Positions 34,625 to 48,509 of a stretch of DNA of 64,000 nt are shown here, one piece after another. Origin of the DNA: Mobula birostris (taxonomy: Eukaryota); assembly GCF_030028105.1 (NCBI RefSeq), contig NC_092384.1, positions 3,081,665-3,145,664 on the forward strand, given 5' to 3'. Numbering within the stretch: the stretch's first letter is position 1; every line of letters begins with the position of its first letter. Position numbers and translations under genes: made by a program. The notes beneath the pieces are model-generated. The model worked only from the letters and a program-made list of their open reading frames with translations, was not told the DNA's origin and did no database searches.

Positions 34625-36625
34625 ATTACCACCAGGCTGGGAGATCAACCCTGGTTCAATGAAGAGTGCAGGAGGGCATGCCGAGAACAAAACCAGGCAT
34701 ACCTCAATATAAGGCATCACCCTGGTGAAGTCAGAATTCAGGACTATTTGCATGCCAAACATGACAAGCAGCAAGTAATAGACAGAGCTAAGTGGTCCCA
34801 CAAGCAACAGATGAGATCTACGCTCTGTAGTCCAGCCACATCCAGCCATGACTGGTGGTGGACAATCAGGCAACTCACTGGAGGAGGAGGCTCCACAACT
34901 ATCCCCATCCTCGATAATGGAGGAGCCCAGCACACCTGTGCAAACAATAAGGCTGAGACATTTGCAACAATCTTCAGTCAGAAGTGCCGAGTAGATGATC
35001 CAACTTGGCCTCCTCCAGAAATCCCCAGCTTCCCAGATGTCAGTATGCAGCCAGTCCAATTCATTCCATATGATATCAAGAAATGTCTGCAAACACTGGA
35101 TACTGTGAAGGCTATGGGTCCAGACAAAATCCTGGCAATAGTCCTGAAGACTTGTGTTCAGGAACTTGCTGCTCCACTAGCCAAGCTGTTCCAGTACAGC
35201 TGCAACACCGGCATCTCCCCGGCAATGTGGAAAATTACCCCTGTGTGTCTTGTACAGAAGAAACAGGACAAGTCCAACCCAGTCCAGTACCGCCCTATCA
35301 GCCTACTCTCAATCTCTAGCAGAGTAATAGAAGAGGTAATTGACAGTGCTATCATGCAGTGTCAACTCAACAATAACCTGCTTACGGATGCTCAGTCTGC
35401 GTTCCGTCAAGGCCTCTCAGCTCCTGATCTCATCAACTCCTTGGTCCAAACATGGACCAAAGAGCTAAATACCAGAGGTGAGGTGAGAGTGGTAGCTCTC
35501 GACATCAAGGCAGCATTTGACAGAGTATGGCATAAGGATGCCCCAGCTAAAATGGAGTCAATGGGAATTAGGGGGAAAAGCCTCTGCTGGTTGGAATCAC
35601 AGCTGACACAAAGGACAATGGTTGTGGTGGTTGGAGGTCAATCATCTCATCCTCAGGACATCACTGCGGGAGTTCCTCAGGGAAGTGTCTCAGGACAATC
35701 ATCTTCAGCTGTTTCATTACTGACCTTCCTTCCGTCATAAGGTCAGAAGTGGGGATGTTTGCAGATGACTACGCAATGTTTTGCACCATTCGTGACTCCT
35801 GAGAAAGTGAAGCCATTCATATGCAAATGGAGCAGGACCTGGACAATATCCAGGCTTGGACTGACCAGTGGCAAGTGACATTCGAGCCCCACCAGTGCCA
35901 GGCAATGACCGTCTCCAACAAGAGAGGCTCTGACCATCATCCCTTGACATTCAGTGGCATCATCATCACTGAATCTCTGACTATCAACATCCTGAGGGGT
36001 TACCATTGGCAGGAAACTGAACTGGTCTAACCATATAAACATCGTGGATACAAGAGCAGTTCCAAGCCTAGGAATCCTGCGGCGTGTAACCCAGCTCCTG
36101 ACTCCCCAGAGCCTGTCCACCATCGACAAGGCTCAGGTCAGGAGTGTAATGGAATACTCACAACTCGCGTGGGTGAGTGCAGCTCCATCAACACTCAAGA
36201 AGCTTGACACCATCCAGTACAAGGTAGTTCACTTGATTACCCCTTCCACAAGCATCCAATCCCTTCACCATCAACGAACTGTTGGAGCAGTGGGTACTAT
36301 CAACAAGATGCACTGTAACTATACACAAAAGTTCCAAAGGCAGCACCTTCCAGACCCACGACCAGTACCACCTAGACTGGGAACACCACCACTTGGAAAT
36401 CCCCCTCCAAGTCACTCACCATCCTGACATGGAGACATATCGCCATTCCTTCTTGGCTCAAAATCATGGAATTCCCTCCCTAACAGCACTGTGGGTGTAC
36501 CCACACCTCAGGAACTGCAGCAGTTCAAGAAGGCTGCTCATCTTCACCTTCTCAAGGGCAACCAGGGATGGGCAATAAATGCTGGTTTATCTGGCAACAC
36601 CCACAGCCTGAAAATGAATGAAAAA
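34625..36625 (+). mobile_element. CR1/L2-group LINE of a second family, RT to 3-prime tail
   Basis: 385-aa ORF with YRPISLLS, ALDIKAAFDRVWH, GVPQGSV, then FADD; tail ggatgggcaataaatgctgg...gaaaaaaa. Confidence 0.85.
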
Positions 36626-36957
36626 AATCTCCTCAAATAACTCCAACAGGTTTGTCAGGCAAGATGTTCCCTTAAGTGAACTACGCTGACTTTGTTCCAT
36701 CTTGCCCTGTGTCACTAAGTACTCCATAACCTCATTCCCAACAATTGACTCACATCTTCCCAATCATGCACAGCCGAGGCCCGTGGGTGTTAGCCAGAGA
36801 TAACTAATGAGCCAGGGTTGCTAGGGGCCACGGTGAGAGGGGTACAGAACTTAATCAGTTCACCACAAAGGGATAAAATTTAGAGGCGGTGTGACAATTG
36901 GCATTAACAATCAGACACTGATGATCACTGCCTATGAAAATATCTACATGTAAATGT

Positions 36958-37212
36958 TTATTTTATTTTATTTATTTACTTATACACATTCAGCATGGAA
37001 TAGGCCCTTCCAGCACTTCGAGCCTCACAGCCCAGCCACCCCCAGCCTAAACACCGGACAATTTACGATGAATTAGCCTAGGTCTTTGTAATGTTGGGTG
37101 AAACTGCAGCACCTGAATGGAACCCACGCCGTTATGGGGAAAATGTATAGACTCGTTACAATCAGGGGCAGGAACTGAACTGCTCTGCTAACCACACTGC
37201 TACCTTGCCGCC
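36958..37212 (-). mobile_element. HE1-like V-SINE (tRNA head, V domain, CR1-type tail), decayed
   Basis: ggtctttg...gaaactgcagcacctga..gaacccacgc V-domain pattern; the head reads ggggcggcaaggtagcagtgtggttagc on the minus strand; (ttta)n tail. Confidence 0.6.
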
Positions 37213-37399
37213 CCATCACGCATTCAATACTCAATGTCGCCATTACGTGGGCTTATCACACACCAGAAGCTTAAATCGCTCAGATGTACAAATATTGTAG
37301 CTACAAGAAATAACAAGAACTCAGGCTATGAGTGTACGGGAGGGTTCCACTCCAACAACTGGGCATTATAGTCAGATACACAACACATCTTCTCCTCTT

Positions 37400-37960
37400 A
37401 TCTTAAGTAACAGCAATTCAGCAATGCAGCAAAGACAACGTTTTAATTCCACCTTCTTTTCCCATTCCCACATATCAGTCCATGGCCTCCTCTACTGCCA
37501 CGATGAGGCCACTCTCAGTTAAAGAAACAATACTTTATATCCACCGGGTTAACCTTGAACCTGATGGCATGAACATGGATTTCTCGAACTTTGTAATGCC
37601 GCCCCCGCCCCCACCAAATCTCCATTACCATTTCCCATATTCCCTGCCCCTGCTGACTTGCCCATTACGTCGCTCTGGTGCTGTTCCACTCCCCTTTCTT
37701 CCATGGGCTTCTGTCCTCACCTATCAGATTCCACTTTCTCTAGCCCTTTATCTTTTATGCCTGACTTCCCAGCTCTTTACTTCCCCCTTCTCCCCTGTCC
37801 TGTTTCACTTATCACCGTGTATTTCTTCCTCCCCTCTCCCACCTTCTTAATCTGACCTCTCAGCTTCATTTCTTCAGTCCATGTAAAGAGTCTTGGCCCG
37901 AAACTTTGACTGTATACTCATTTCCATAGATGCTGCCTGGCCAGCAATTTGTGTCTGTTG
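37400..37960 (+). mobile_element. Penelope-like 3-prime end (GIY-YIG C-terminus and terminal repeat)
   Basis: LEPDGMNMDFSNF motif followed by gagtcttggcccgaaac...gatgctgcctggcc. Confidence 0.65.
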
Positions 37961-38019
37961 TCTGCTGCAAGATCCATCATTCTTCTCGCAAAATATCTAT
38001 TCTCTTTCCCATTGATAAT

Positions 38020-40570
38020 TTAGTTGTTCACACCATATAAGATCATAAGATATAAGAGCAGAATTAAGCCATTTGGTCTGTCGAGTCTGCTCCGCCATTT
38101 CATCATGGAGAATCCAATTTTGCTCTCAGCCTTAATCTGTTGCCTTCTCCTCGTATCCCATCATGCCCTGACAAATCAAGAATCTATCAGCCTCTTCCTT
38201 GCACATAAATAGAGGGTTGGTCCTGCCTGCGGCGAAAGTTCCTACTTATTCACCACTCTGTCTACAGAAAGTTTGCAGAGATTATTAAAGAAAGAATGTG
38301 CATATATTATAACATGTATAGAGATTATTAACCAAAGAACATGGAATGCACCTCGCAACATCAGCCATATTGTAAAGAAGGGACGGACGACATACAGGGA
38401 CACCTACCACATGGTGTTCCGTCTCCAAGTTACGCCATATGCTAACTTAGAGTCGTGCTCCTTCTTAGCTGGGTAGAATTGCTTGAATGCTTCATATAGC
38501 AGCAGTACGGTGAGACATTCAATGGACTTATGTGCATTTCTAAAAAAAGTTCCTATCAGCTTGTCGTTAACAGGCATTAGGGATAGCAGTAAATTAAATA
38601 GTTTACGGAATGGGTGACAACGAGTAATGATGAAGGTAGGGTGAAAAACAGGTGGTGAACATAGCTTTAGCAAAGCCTTTGACGGAAGATTAGATCATTT
38701 GGAGTCCAGGGTGTGGTAGAAAATTGAGTACAGAATTGCCTGGTGGTAAGACTGAAAGACTGACAGATGCTGTCACAAGGCGGTGGCTGGGAACGGACCC
38801 AACTGCAAGACACAGACACTGAAGTACTAGGGACAGGACTAGGATACAGGGTGAGGGCAAGGACATGACACAAAAACCGGGAACCCGGAACAGGACTGGA
38901 CAAGAGAGCTAGGAGCCTGGGCTTGGACTCCCAGCCAGAGACTAGACAAGGACCCAGTACCTGGGTCTTGCCTCTGGCTCGGACCCCAGAACTAGGCAAG
39001 GACGAGGCTTGGCTGGCAGGCAGGATGAGGGTGGAGTCTTAGAGACTTGAGGCGAGGCTTGGCAGGAGGCAGGAGGCTGGAGCCTTGAGGCTTGAGTCTA
39101 GAGGATAGAGACCTGAGGCGAGGCTAGCCAGGAGGCTGGAGTCTTCTGGCTTGAGGCTAGGCAGGAGGCTGGAGTCTTCAGGCTTGAGGCTAGAGACCAG
39201 AGGAGAGGCTTGGCTAGAAGCCGGAGGCTAGAGTCTTCGCTGGAGGCCGCAGGCTAGAGGCTCCTCCTGGGCAGGATGTGGTACTCCTCGGCAGGGCGCG
39301 AATCACCACCTGACAGAGGCAAGGGACAAGAAGGGACAGAACCAACTGCAGGTAATGGCAAGATGGCCCGGCTTACCTGGGCGGAGGCAAGGGACTGGAA
39401 TTGTGCCAGGTACAGGGTGGCTCCAGGACAAGACTGCAGGTGAGACGAGGTGAGAGTTACCAGCAAGACAAGGCAAGGCTTCCGGCAATGCAAGGTGAGA
39501 CGAGAACTTCTGGTGAAGTGAGAGTTACCAGCAAGACAAGGCAAGGCTTCTGGCAAAACAAGGTGAGAAGAGATATTCAGGCAAGGTGAGAGTTACTGGC
39601 AAGACAAGGCAGGGCTTCAGGCAGGAAACAGAAGGCAGAGGAAGGGATCCAAGGAGTAAGGGCAAGAACAATCCAGCAGCCACGCCCTGGTCTCTGGAGA
39701 TATTTATGCAGCCAGTCCCAACAAGCATCAGCTGCCTCAATTAGAGCTCAACAAGTACAGAAACAGGGCAGATAGGAAAACCTGGAGCAAGGGTCGATGG
39801 ACCGGACCGTGATCTGGACTACGGACTTCATGGACCGGACCATGACAGATGCAGGCTGTTTTTCAGATTGGAGGCCAACGACTAGTTGTGCGCCACGGGG
39901 AGTTACGCTGTGTCCATATTTGTTCATCATCAACATTTACAATTTGGTTGAGAATGACATCAGTTTGCGGATGACATCAAAATTGATTGTGTAGTGTACA
40001 ATGGAGAACCTTATTGAAGAATACAGCAGCATCTCGAACAAATAGGAATGTGGGCCAAACAAAATCTCAGATGGATCTTAACTCAGAGAAGTCCAAAGTA
40101 TAAGTTTAACGCGGGCAGGACGCATGCCGTCATTGCAAGACTCCGGAGAGTGTTAAGAAGCAGAGAGGTATGAGAGTATAACGACATAGCACCTTGAAAA
40201 TGGAGATACAGGTTAATAGTGTGGCCAAAGAGCCTTTGTCATGTTTACTTTCATCAGTCAAGACATTGAGAAAGAGCTGGTATGTTACGTTGCAACTATA
40301 ATGGATGTTGGTAAAACTACGCTTGGAGAATTGCGTGCACTTATTGTCACCAAGTTATTGGAAGGACATCTTTAAGCTTAAAGGGATCCAGAAAAGATGC
40401 TCAAGAACGTTACCAAGACTGTAGGGCTTAACGTATCAAGAAAGACTGGATAGTTTGTGGTTTCCTTTCCAATGGTACGTGCGAGACTGAGAAAACACCA
40501 TATAGAGAAATGTAACATCACAAGGGAGAAAATAGGTGAATATTCAATCTCCTTCTCAGGGTGGTGAAGT
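38020..40570. mobile_element. Old CR1 fragments (minus-strand 3-prime end 38020-38270; plus-strand RT 38270-40570, interrupted at 38771-39847)
   Basis: FSKAFD at ~38665; AGCFSDWRPTTSCAPRG after the insert; decayed RT to ~40570. Confidence 0.65.
38771..39847. mobile_element. 1077-bp LTR-like insertion (probable solo LTR) with internal GC-rich tandem repeats
   Basis: TGTCA...TGACA termini and a perfect 5-bp TSD GATGC (38766-38770, 39848-39852); repeats such as ggaggctggagtcttcaggcttgaggctag and gagagttaccagcaagacaaggcaaggcttc. Confidence 0.8.
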
Positions 40571-42315
40571 CTAAAATTAGAGCAAATTAGAGGAAGGCAT
40601 AACAAAGTTTACGTGTTGCATGATTTTCAAACAAATGGTGGTAAATATATGCAACGGAATACCAGAGGAAACGATAGAGCCAGGGCAATTGGAACATTTC
40701 TCTGGAATTTAGACAGCTTCTCTGAAGAAAAGTTTAAAATAGTATGGGTCAAAATATGAGAATTGTATTATCTCTGATTGACCATTGGGAAGGCGTAGAC
40801 GATTGGGCCGAAGGAATTGTTTCTGTGATGTGTAACGCAGCCATTTTATAACTTTATTAGACACACACTTTGTTCAAAGCGCTGAAAACTAAATGAAACA
40901 TCTATTTTGTTGCCCCGTGTCTATGCTTCCACATCTGATAAACAACTGCATTTCCGGAAAGGTTTTGGGCATGCTACGCTGAGTTGTGCCATGCATGTAA
41001 GTAATGCAGAGATCTTACCCAGCTTCCTCTGACGAGCCTGATTTTTCCACTGAGCAAATTCAGTGGTCAATATATATCTTTATGCTCATCACAACGTCGC
41101 ATTTCTTGGTGAACAGACTATCATACTTCAAATACACCAACACAGTTCACCTATAACCTCTACATTGTAATTTGCTGCGTAAGAATTATACTTACCAACC
41201 ACTTACGGTATTTCCATTACGTATTAATTTACCCAATGCGTGATGATGTAGAAAGGCAAAAATCTGCTTCTTACTCGTAAACGGTTATTCTGGAATAGAA
41301 GATAAGCAGCACATTTCATGGTAGCAGTAACCACATCAGAGTTAAGGGAAATGTCAGATATTCGTTGTTTCCGCTAGTAATTAAGTAACCAATTTGCAGA
41401 TACAATTCATTCAATCTTATCTCTGCTTATCTTCACTTTTTCTCCTTTAACCTGATTGTATTTCTATGCCAGGCACCTACAAACATACCGATTATGTTTT
41501 ACACATCCAAATCTGGAAAGGAAGTTGCGGAGTTACTTTCATCTATACATTTGTGTTGTACAAGTGTATTAACGTCACAGGAAACGAGTATGTGATAAGT
41601 AGTAAACTAAAGAGTGGGTGAAAATCTTCGAGAACTTTTTATTCAAATAGGAATTGCTTCGAAGCAGCGGGAGTGCCTCCCAGTTAACGTAATTGTATGT
41701 GAAAAGAGTCAACAAAAAATGGAATGCTGCGATATATCATCGGTGTTGAAGTCATCCCGAATCAAATTATATTAGACATATTACTATTGCAGATTGTGAG
41801 TCTGTGCAAGGAGAAGGGCGCTACTATCCGGGAAGGAATGTGGTGTTCCGCTCTTCACTGAACAGATCAAGTACGTGTCAAATTTATTAATAGAATAAAT
41901 CTTTATGACATTGAAAGACTTTATTACTATAAACACCTGCTTTTATAGCTAATTATCTAACTGTAAGAGTTGATTAACATAACGCTGTTAATAAACTCTT
42001 ACAATTTGTTAACAATGTATAAGATGAGTTCTTCGAAACTGATTTATAGAACTCTCATTTTTTCAATTTTCTATATTTAAATTTACCAGTTGACTCAGAG
42101 CATCTAGCATCTGGATTTCAGTGCTCAAACTGAGAGCTTCAGGATGTGAGTATGAATGTTTCAACGCTCAGATATGGATTCTGTTATCGAAGGAGCTAAT
42201 TGTGACAGATAACTTTTCTTAAACAAAATTTTCTCTAGCCTGACGTAAATCTGTTTATTATGTTCGATCATTCACCTGCCTTCTCTCTCATTCATAATTC
42301 AGTCTCCTCTTCCTT

Positions 42316-43480
42316 GAAAACAGAGAATTATAGACCGGTTAGCCTGACGTTGGTGTGGGAAAAATGCTGGAGTCAATTATAAAAGATGAAATTATGACAC
42401 ATCTGGATAGCAGTAACAGGATCGTTCCGAGTCAGCATGGATTTACGAAGGGAAATCGTGCTTGACTAATCTTCTGGAATTTTTTGTGGATGCAGCTATG
42501 CAAATGGACCAGGGAGAGCCAGTGGATGTAGTGTACCTGGACTTTCAGAAAGCCTTTGATAAAGTCCCACAGAGGAGATTAGTGGGCAAAATTAGTGCAC
42601 ATGGTATTGAGGACAGAGTACCGACATGGATGAAAAATTGGCTGGCTGACAGAAAACAAAGAGTAGCGAATAATGGGTCCCTTTCAGTATGGCAGGCGGT
42701 GACCAGTGGGGTACCGCAGGGTTCAGTGCTGGGACCGCAATATGTTTACAATATGTATTATTATATATTAATGATTTAGATGAGGGAATTAAAAGAAACA
42801 CTAGCAAATTTTCCGATGACACAAAGCTGGGTGGCAGTGTGAAATGTGAGGAGGATGTTATGAGAATGCAGGGTGACTTGGACAGGTTGGGTGAGTGGGC
42901 AGATGCATGGCAGATGCAGTTTAATGTGGATAAGTGTGAGGTTATCCACTTTGGCGGTAAGAACGGGAAGGCAGATTATTATCTAAATGGAGTCAAGTTA
43001 GGAAAAGGGGAAGTACAACGAGATCTAGGTGTTTTTGTGCATCAGTCACTGAAAGCAAGCATGCAAGTACAGCAGACAGTGGCATGCCGGCCTTCATAAC
43101 AAGGGGAATTGAGTATAAGAGCAGAGGGGTCCTTCTGCAGCTGTACAGGGCCCTGGTGAGACTACACTTGGAGTAATACGTGCAGTTTTGATCTCAAATT
43201 TGAGGAAGAACATTCTTGCTATTGAGGGAGTGCAGCATAGCTTCCCGAGGTTAATTCCCGGGATGGTGGGACTGTCATATGTTGAAAGAGTGGAGCGACT
43301 GGGCTTACATACGCAGGAATTTAGAAGGCTGAGAGGGAATCTTACGGAAACATGTAAGATTATTAAGGGATTTGACACGCTGGAGGCAGAAAGCATGTTC
43401 CCGCTGATGGGTGAGTCCAGAACCAGAGGCCAAGAATAAGGGTTAGGCCATGTGGGCCACTCCTGCACTATTGTCTATTG
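42316..43480 (+). mobile_element. Older CR1 RT to 3-prime end
   Basis: ORFs 42462-42779, 42689-43099 and 43188-43439 with CR1 RT motifs; (ctattgt)n tail. Confidence 0.9.
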
Positions 43481-43599
43481 TCTATTGCCTATTGCGGGAG
43501 ATGTACTCATGCCCTCCTTTATATTCTTCGACTTACGTTTAACTTGTCGTGTTTCATCATTTTCTTTCAACTTGCTTTGGCCTTACACCATATCATCAG

Positions 43600-43900
43600 T
43601 CTCCTCTTGTCCATCTCTCTCAGTTGCTCTTTCAATGAACACCAGATATATATGTATATTTTCCATTGCAATTCAGATATAAGTTCAGGAAAATGACAGG
43701 CTCCCTTTATTTCTTTCTGCACAGACCAACACTCGCTTGCACAGTATTCTTTACGGTTACCATATTGAGCAGAATTATACATTGGAAACTCGGGAAACTG
43801 TAAACCTCCCTGTTTCATGCTGTCTAACACTAATTTGTGTTTAATTTTGTACAACAGAAAAGAGATCACAGTTACAATAAGCTGAGGTGCCATTCTGATT
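43600..43900 (-). mobile_element. Possible L1/Tx1-clade ORF2 C-terminal remnant
   Basis: KQGGLQFPEFPMYNSAQY resembles the GGL.LP.F..YY motif of fish L1/Tx1 elements; weak. Confidence 0.3.
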
Positions 43901-44099
43901 TTCTTTCACGGTTTATCCGTGTTATATATATATATTTAGTTTTAATCATGTTCGTCTATAATATGTTCCTGCATGCCAATGTTTGAGGGGTTGCAACATG
44001 GCAAGAAATCACATAATATATATTAATTTTATTAGAGCAGACTCAGGCAAGTACGTTGTTTTACAGAATTACAGAATGGAAATATGAAGGGAACTTAAG

Positions 44100-44780
44100 A
44101 TACTGCAAGTCTACACATCAGCGAGCTGTTCGTTCGCCAAGGAGCTGAAGGAGCTGGATTTCGTGAAGGCCGCATTGTCGCTTGCTATAGGAAGACGGTG
44201 GAGTCACTGTGCGAAGGCAACGCGCACTCTAACTACGAGTAATTGTGTTGAATGCTTCTCCTCCGATCATAAGACAATAACAATATAAAATGCTGCAAAG
44301 TCCACTTCCCTGTTTGTTGGATTGACAGAAGCCGGGAGAGTTGAATGGCTTCAGATTTAGCGAGGACAAGGCCTCAAACCACGGGCTTGCCTGTTGCAGC
44401 AGTCCAGGAGAGGAGACGGCGGAGGCGTTGTAGCGCAGCCTCCATGCTGGGTCGGGGGCTGCCCCTCCCGTTTGTGCTGCCATGCAGCAGAATGACAAGC
44501 TCGGTTGTATGCGTACATGCTTGTGCGTGTACGTTTGTCTGTTGAGAAATGCTTGTTCTTGCCGACAGCACACATGCATCATCAGTTTACAGGGCATGTC
44601 ACTCCGGGACTTAGGCTGTGTTACATTTTTAGTGTGAGTATTTATGTGTGTCATATGTGCCCTGTGCTGTGATTTACTGTTGATGTTGTGTCTTGGCCCC
44701 GGAGTAATGCTGTTTCGTTTGGCTGTATTGGTGGGTATTTACATATGTTTGAATGATAATTAAGCTTGAACTGGAAAAGA
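44100..44780 (+). mobile_element. Non-coding LINE-3-prime-derived or SINE-like repeat
   Basis: GC-rich 5-prime part; ends ttggccccggag..gctgtttcgtttggctgtatt...gaatgataattaagcttgaac, resembling a Rex/L2-type tail. Family not confirmed. Confidence 0.4.
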
Positions 44781-45421
44781 CCAGTATCCATTTTAGGCTT
44801 AAGATATTGCATGGGTACATTGCGAATCGGAAAGTAAATAAACAGTTCGAAAACCAAGCAATCTAAAACTTACTTTTTGCGATGAAGAAGTACTTCAGAA
44901 TGTATATTGTATACATTTCTCTGACACTAAGCATCCCTTTGAAACCTTTGAAACAACACATCCCCACCGTATCTGGGCAGGCGAGTGACAGCTGTACTCA
45001 GCTGGTGCAGCCGATTAGTTTGAGTCCGTCTTAGACATTTTCTGTAGCATCATTTTCTGTAGCTTCCTGAGTTAAACCCTACACAGTTATGTGATCGCAC
45101 CACTGTACCGCCCGCTGAAAAATACGGAATTTATTTATTTGTTTATGGATCTATTTGTTTGACATTAAAAGGAATTTTCTTTAATCAAACAGTACTATAT
45201 AGATCACTGGGCATGAATGATCTACACCATTATGTATGTGGAGCATGATGTTCCCGTTAGGGTTTGTTTATTGGTGCTTCTCGGTAGCTGTAGAGGCCGA
45301 TCCGGAATTCACATATTCTGGTGCAGTGTGGGCAAGAGTGAGTGGTGTGGTGTTTGTGGGGTTGGTGGTTGGGTTTTTGGTTGTTCAGTTTATACTTTGG
45401 CAGCTGCGATGAGGTGGTGCG

Positions 45422-45589
45422 NNNNNNNNNNNNNNNNNNNNNNNNNNNNNNNNNNNNNNNNNNNNNNNNNNNNNNNNNNNNNNNNNNNNNNNNNNNNNNN
45501 NNNNNNNNNNNNNNNNNNNNNNNNNNNNNNNNNNNNNNNNNNNNNNNNNNNNNNNNNNNNNNNNNNNNNNNNNNNNNNNNNNNNNNNNN
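45422..45589. other. Assembly gap (168 N)
   Basis: Run of N bases. Confidence 1.
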
Positions 45590-46064
45590 TTCTTGCCTGT
45601 AGCAGGGACGGTGGCCTCAAAATAAGGAGACAGCATTAAGAACAGAGTTTACAAGGATTCTTTTTACTCATGAGAATATTCTTATAACCTTGCGATGTAG
45701 CAGAGGACATTCAATCGCTGAATGATTTTAACGATTTGATGTAGAGGTATTTAGACACAGTGGCATCAGAGGATGCAGTGACTCCACAGGAGAATTGCTG
45801 TTGTGTGTCTCATATGGCCGAGGGACTGAATGACGTCCTATTTCTGTTCCCTTTCCTTCTCCTTCTCACAGCAGAGGCACTCTTGCATCACTGTCTCAGA
45901 AACCTGATGAATAGTTAGCTGAAATACTATCACCTTAAAAAATCTTCAGCATAATATTAACGTTTTGTGCACACCGTGTGTATGCCGAATACCCTAGTTA
46001 TTTATAGTACCTGAAGTAGATTGTTCTTTGGAAATAAGTCTGAAAGTACATCTAAAATAAAACA

Positions 46065-46535
46065 AAGAAATCCAGATGGTTTTCCCTCTGTCTAGGTAAG
46101 AGAGGGGAATGGGTATGGGGATTGGTGAAGGGCAGAGATATTGAGGGAAGTTCGAGAAAGCGATGTTTATGTCCTCAGTTTGGAGGTTTCCCAGACGAAA
46201 TATAAGGTGCTGTTCCTCCTATCTGACTGTGGCCTCATTGTGACAGGACAGGAAGGCATGGACTGACTTTTTCCTTTTCTCCAGCTCTGTATCTCTTTCA
46301 CCAATCAATTTCCAAGCTCTTTACTTCACCCCCACACCCATCCCCCGGTGTCATCTATCACCTTGCATTTCTTCCTCCCTTCCCCTACACTCTTACTCTG
46401 ACTGTTTTTTTCCCTCTCTGAATCTTTTCTCCCCAGTCCTGATGAACAGTCTTGGCCCGAAACGTCGACTGTTTATTCTTTTCCACAGATGATGCCTGGC
46501 CTGAAGAGTTCTCTAGCATTTTGTGTGTGTTGTTC
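46065..46535. mobile_element. Penelope-like terminal fragments in opposite orientations
   Basis: The purine-rich reverse piece (46085-46260) is followed by the forward terminus gtcctgatgaacagtcttggcccgaaacgtcgactg...gcattttgtgtgtgttg. Confidence 0.55.
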
Positions 46536-46724
46536 TTCGAGTCACATAGTAGTGCAACTCAGAAACAGACCCTTCGAGCCATCGTGCCACTCTGACTTTC
46601 AGGGTTTCATTTCTATCAATTCGATTTACCAGGTCTTGTGTCGAGCACTTTGTCTTTGAGATTCACGTGATTTTATTCATGATCTTTAGGTAACACGAGT
46701 ACCTGCCTGCGATACTTTATCAGA

Positions 46725-47560
46725 CCACAAGACCATAAGACACAGGAGCCGATTAGCCCATTTGCCCCATCAAGTAACCTTCGCCATTCAATCATGGCTG
46801 ATCCTTCTTTTTCCTCCTCAGCCTTTTCCCCGTAACCTCTGATGTTGTGTCCAAACAATAACCTATCAAGCTTTGTCTTAGTACACCCAACGACCTGGCC
46901 GCCACAGCTGCCTGCGGTAACAGATTCTACAAATTCATCATCGTTCGGCCTAAGGTATTTTTTCGCATCTCTGGAGTTTTAAGTGGACGCCCCTCTATTC
47001 TCTTTACTAGACTCCCCCACCATGTGAAACATGCTTTCCACATCTACTCTGTCTAGGCCTTTCAATATTCGAAAGGTTTCAATGAGACCCCCTTCATCCT
47101 TCTAAATTGCAGCGAGTACAGACCCAGAGCCATCCAACGTTCTTCGTATGATAATCCTTTCATTCCCCGAATCATCCGTGTGAACCTCCTCTGAGCCCTC
47201 TCCGATGCTTCCTTGGACTAGGAGCCCAGAACTGTTCTTTATACTGAAGGTGAGGCCTTATCTGTGCCTTATAAAGCCTCAGCATCACATCCCTGCTCTT
47301 GTATTCTAGACCTCTTGAAATGAATGTTAACATTGCATTTGCCTCCTCAGCACCGACTCAACCTGCAAGTTAATATTTAGGGTGTTCTGCACAAGGAATT
47401 GCAAGTCCCTTTACATCTCAGATTTTTGGATTTTCTCCCCGTTTATCAAATAATCTGTACATTTATTTCTTCTAACAAAGTGCATGACCATGCAATTTCC
47501 AACACTGAATTTCATTTGCCACTATCTTGCTCATTCTCCTAATCTGTCTGTCCTTCTGCA
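46725..47560 (-). mobile_element. Old CR1 3-prime fragment
   Basis: (gaccataa)n tail and decayed RT C-terminal sequence homologous to 51340-52060. Confidence 0.75.
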
Positions 47561-48012
47561 GCCTAACTGTTTCCTCAACACTACTTGTCCCTTTTAGTTT
47601 CTAACCCGTTTCTAAATATCTTCAGTATGAATAACCTCCGTTTCTGATCCATCCAAACGTCTCACATTTCACCTGTGCTCACGCATTTGCGATCCGATGA
47701 CGAATTAACTGTTTACAGTTACAAAACATAGTATATGCATATTGAAAGTCCATAAGCTCTCAACCGGATGGATACCGGAATCTACTGGAGGATCGTAACT
47801 TTGACAAAGTACTGCAACCGATTTCATCCGGTGGATATAAGGCCACGAACGGGGTCATTCGTTTGGGAACTTCGACTTGAAATAAGGGCTGCACTTTGGT
47901 AAATTGACACATATCCCTGTACCACATAGGTGTCTGCGTGTTTCTTGTTGTCAAGCAAAGGACATTGCAGTTAAAATTCAATCAGGTAAAACAAATTCCA
48001 GGTTCGGCACGT

Positions 48013-48180
48013 TTAGTACTTGGGATTCCGTTCCGAATAAATAACGTCGACACTTTGCATCCATCTCGGCTGTGAATGGACTGTGTCGTTCTCCCTATGA
48101 TAAACAATTTCTGCTTTCTTGGTCTCTGCCACGACGATAGGGGCGTAGGTCACGTTCTTATTAGGCGGCCTCTGCTTGGT
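48013..48180 (-). CDS. Terminal cytoplasmic exon of the SIRP-like receptor (TKQRPPNKNVTYAPIVV...RNPKY*)
   Basis: Acceptor gatttttcag|ACC; 56 codons to TAA; ITIM VTYAPI; in phase 0 with the upstream exon. Confidence 0.7.
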   Translation of the reverse strand, partial: TKQRPPNKNVTYAPIVVAETKKAEIVYHRENDTVHSQPRWMQSVDVIYSERNPKY

Positions 48181-48509
48181 CTGAAAAATCCACATTAGTT
48201 GGGATAAATCATTACTTTCATTTTTCAATCATATTGAGTTTAAAGACTACCAACTACAGTGCCTGTTTCATTACTTGCAAGTATAAATAGTTGAACTTTT
48301 CTGGCCGCTTATCTCTATGTTCGCTCTACCTTTTCTGTCAGGTAGATGAAATATACTGAATACCTTAATAACATGATTCACGTTTTGCACAGCAGAGGAA
48401 ATGCAGAATTAGGGTGATAGTTAAGTCATCCATCACCTTACTAAATAGCAGAGCAGCTGGATGGACCGAAATGCCTATACTTGCTCCAAATTCCCACGTT
48501 AATACGTAC

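Noticed and set aside
45217-45639. ORFs spanning 45217-45639
   Set aside because: They are artefacts of the N gap.
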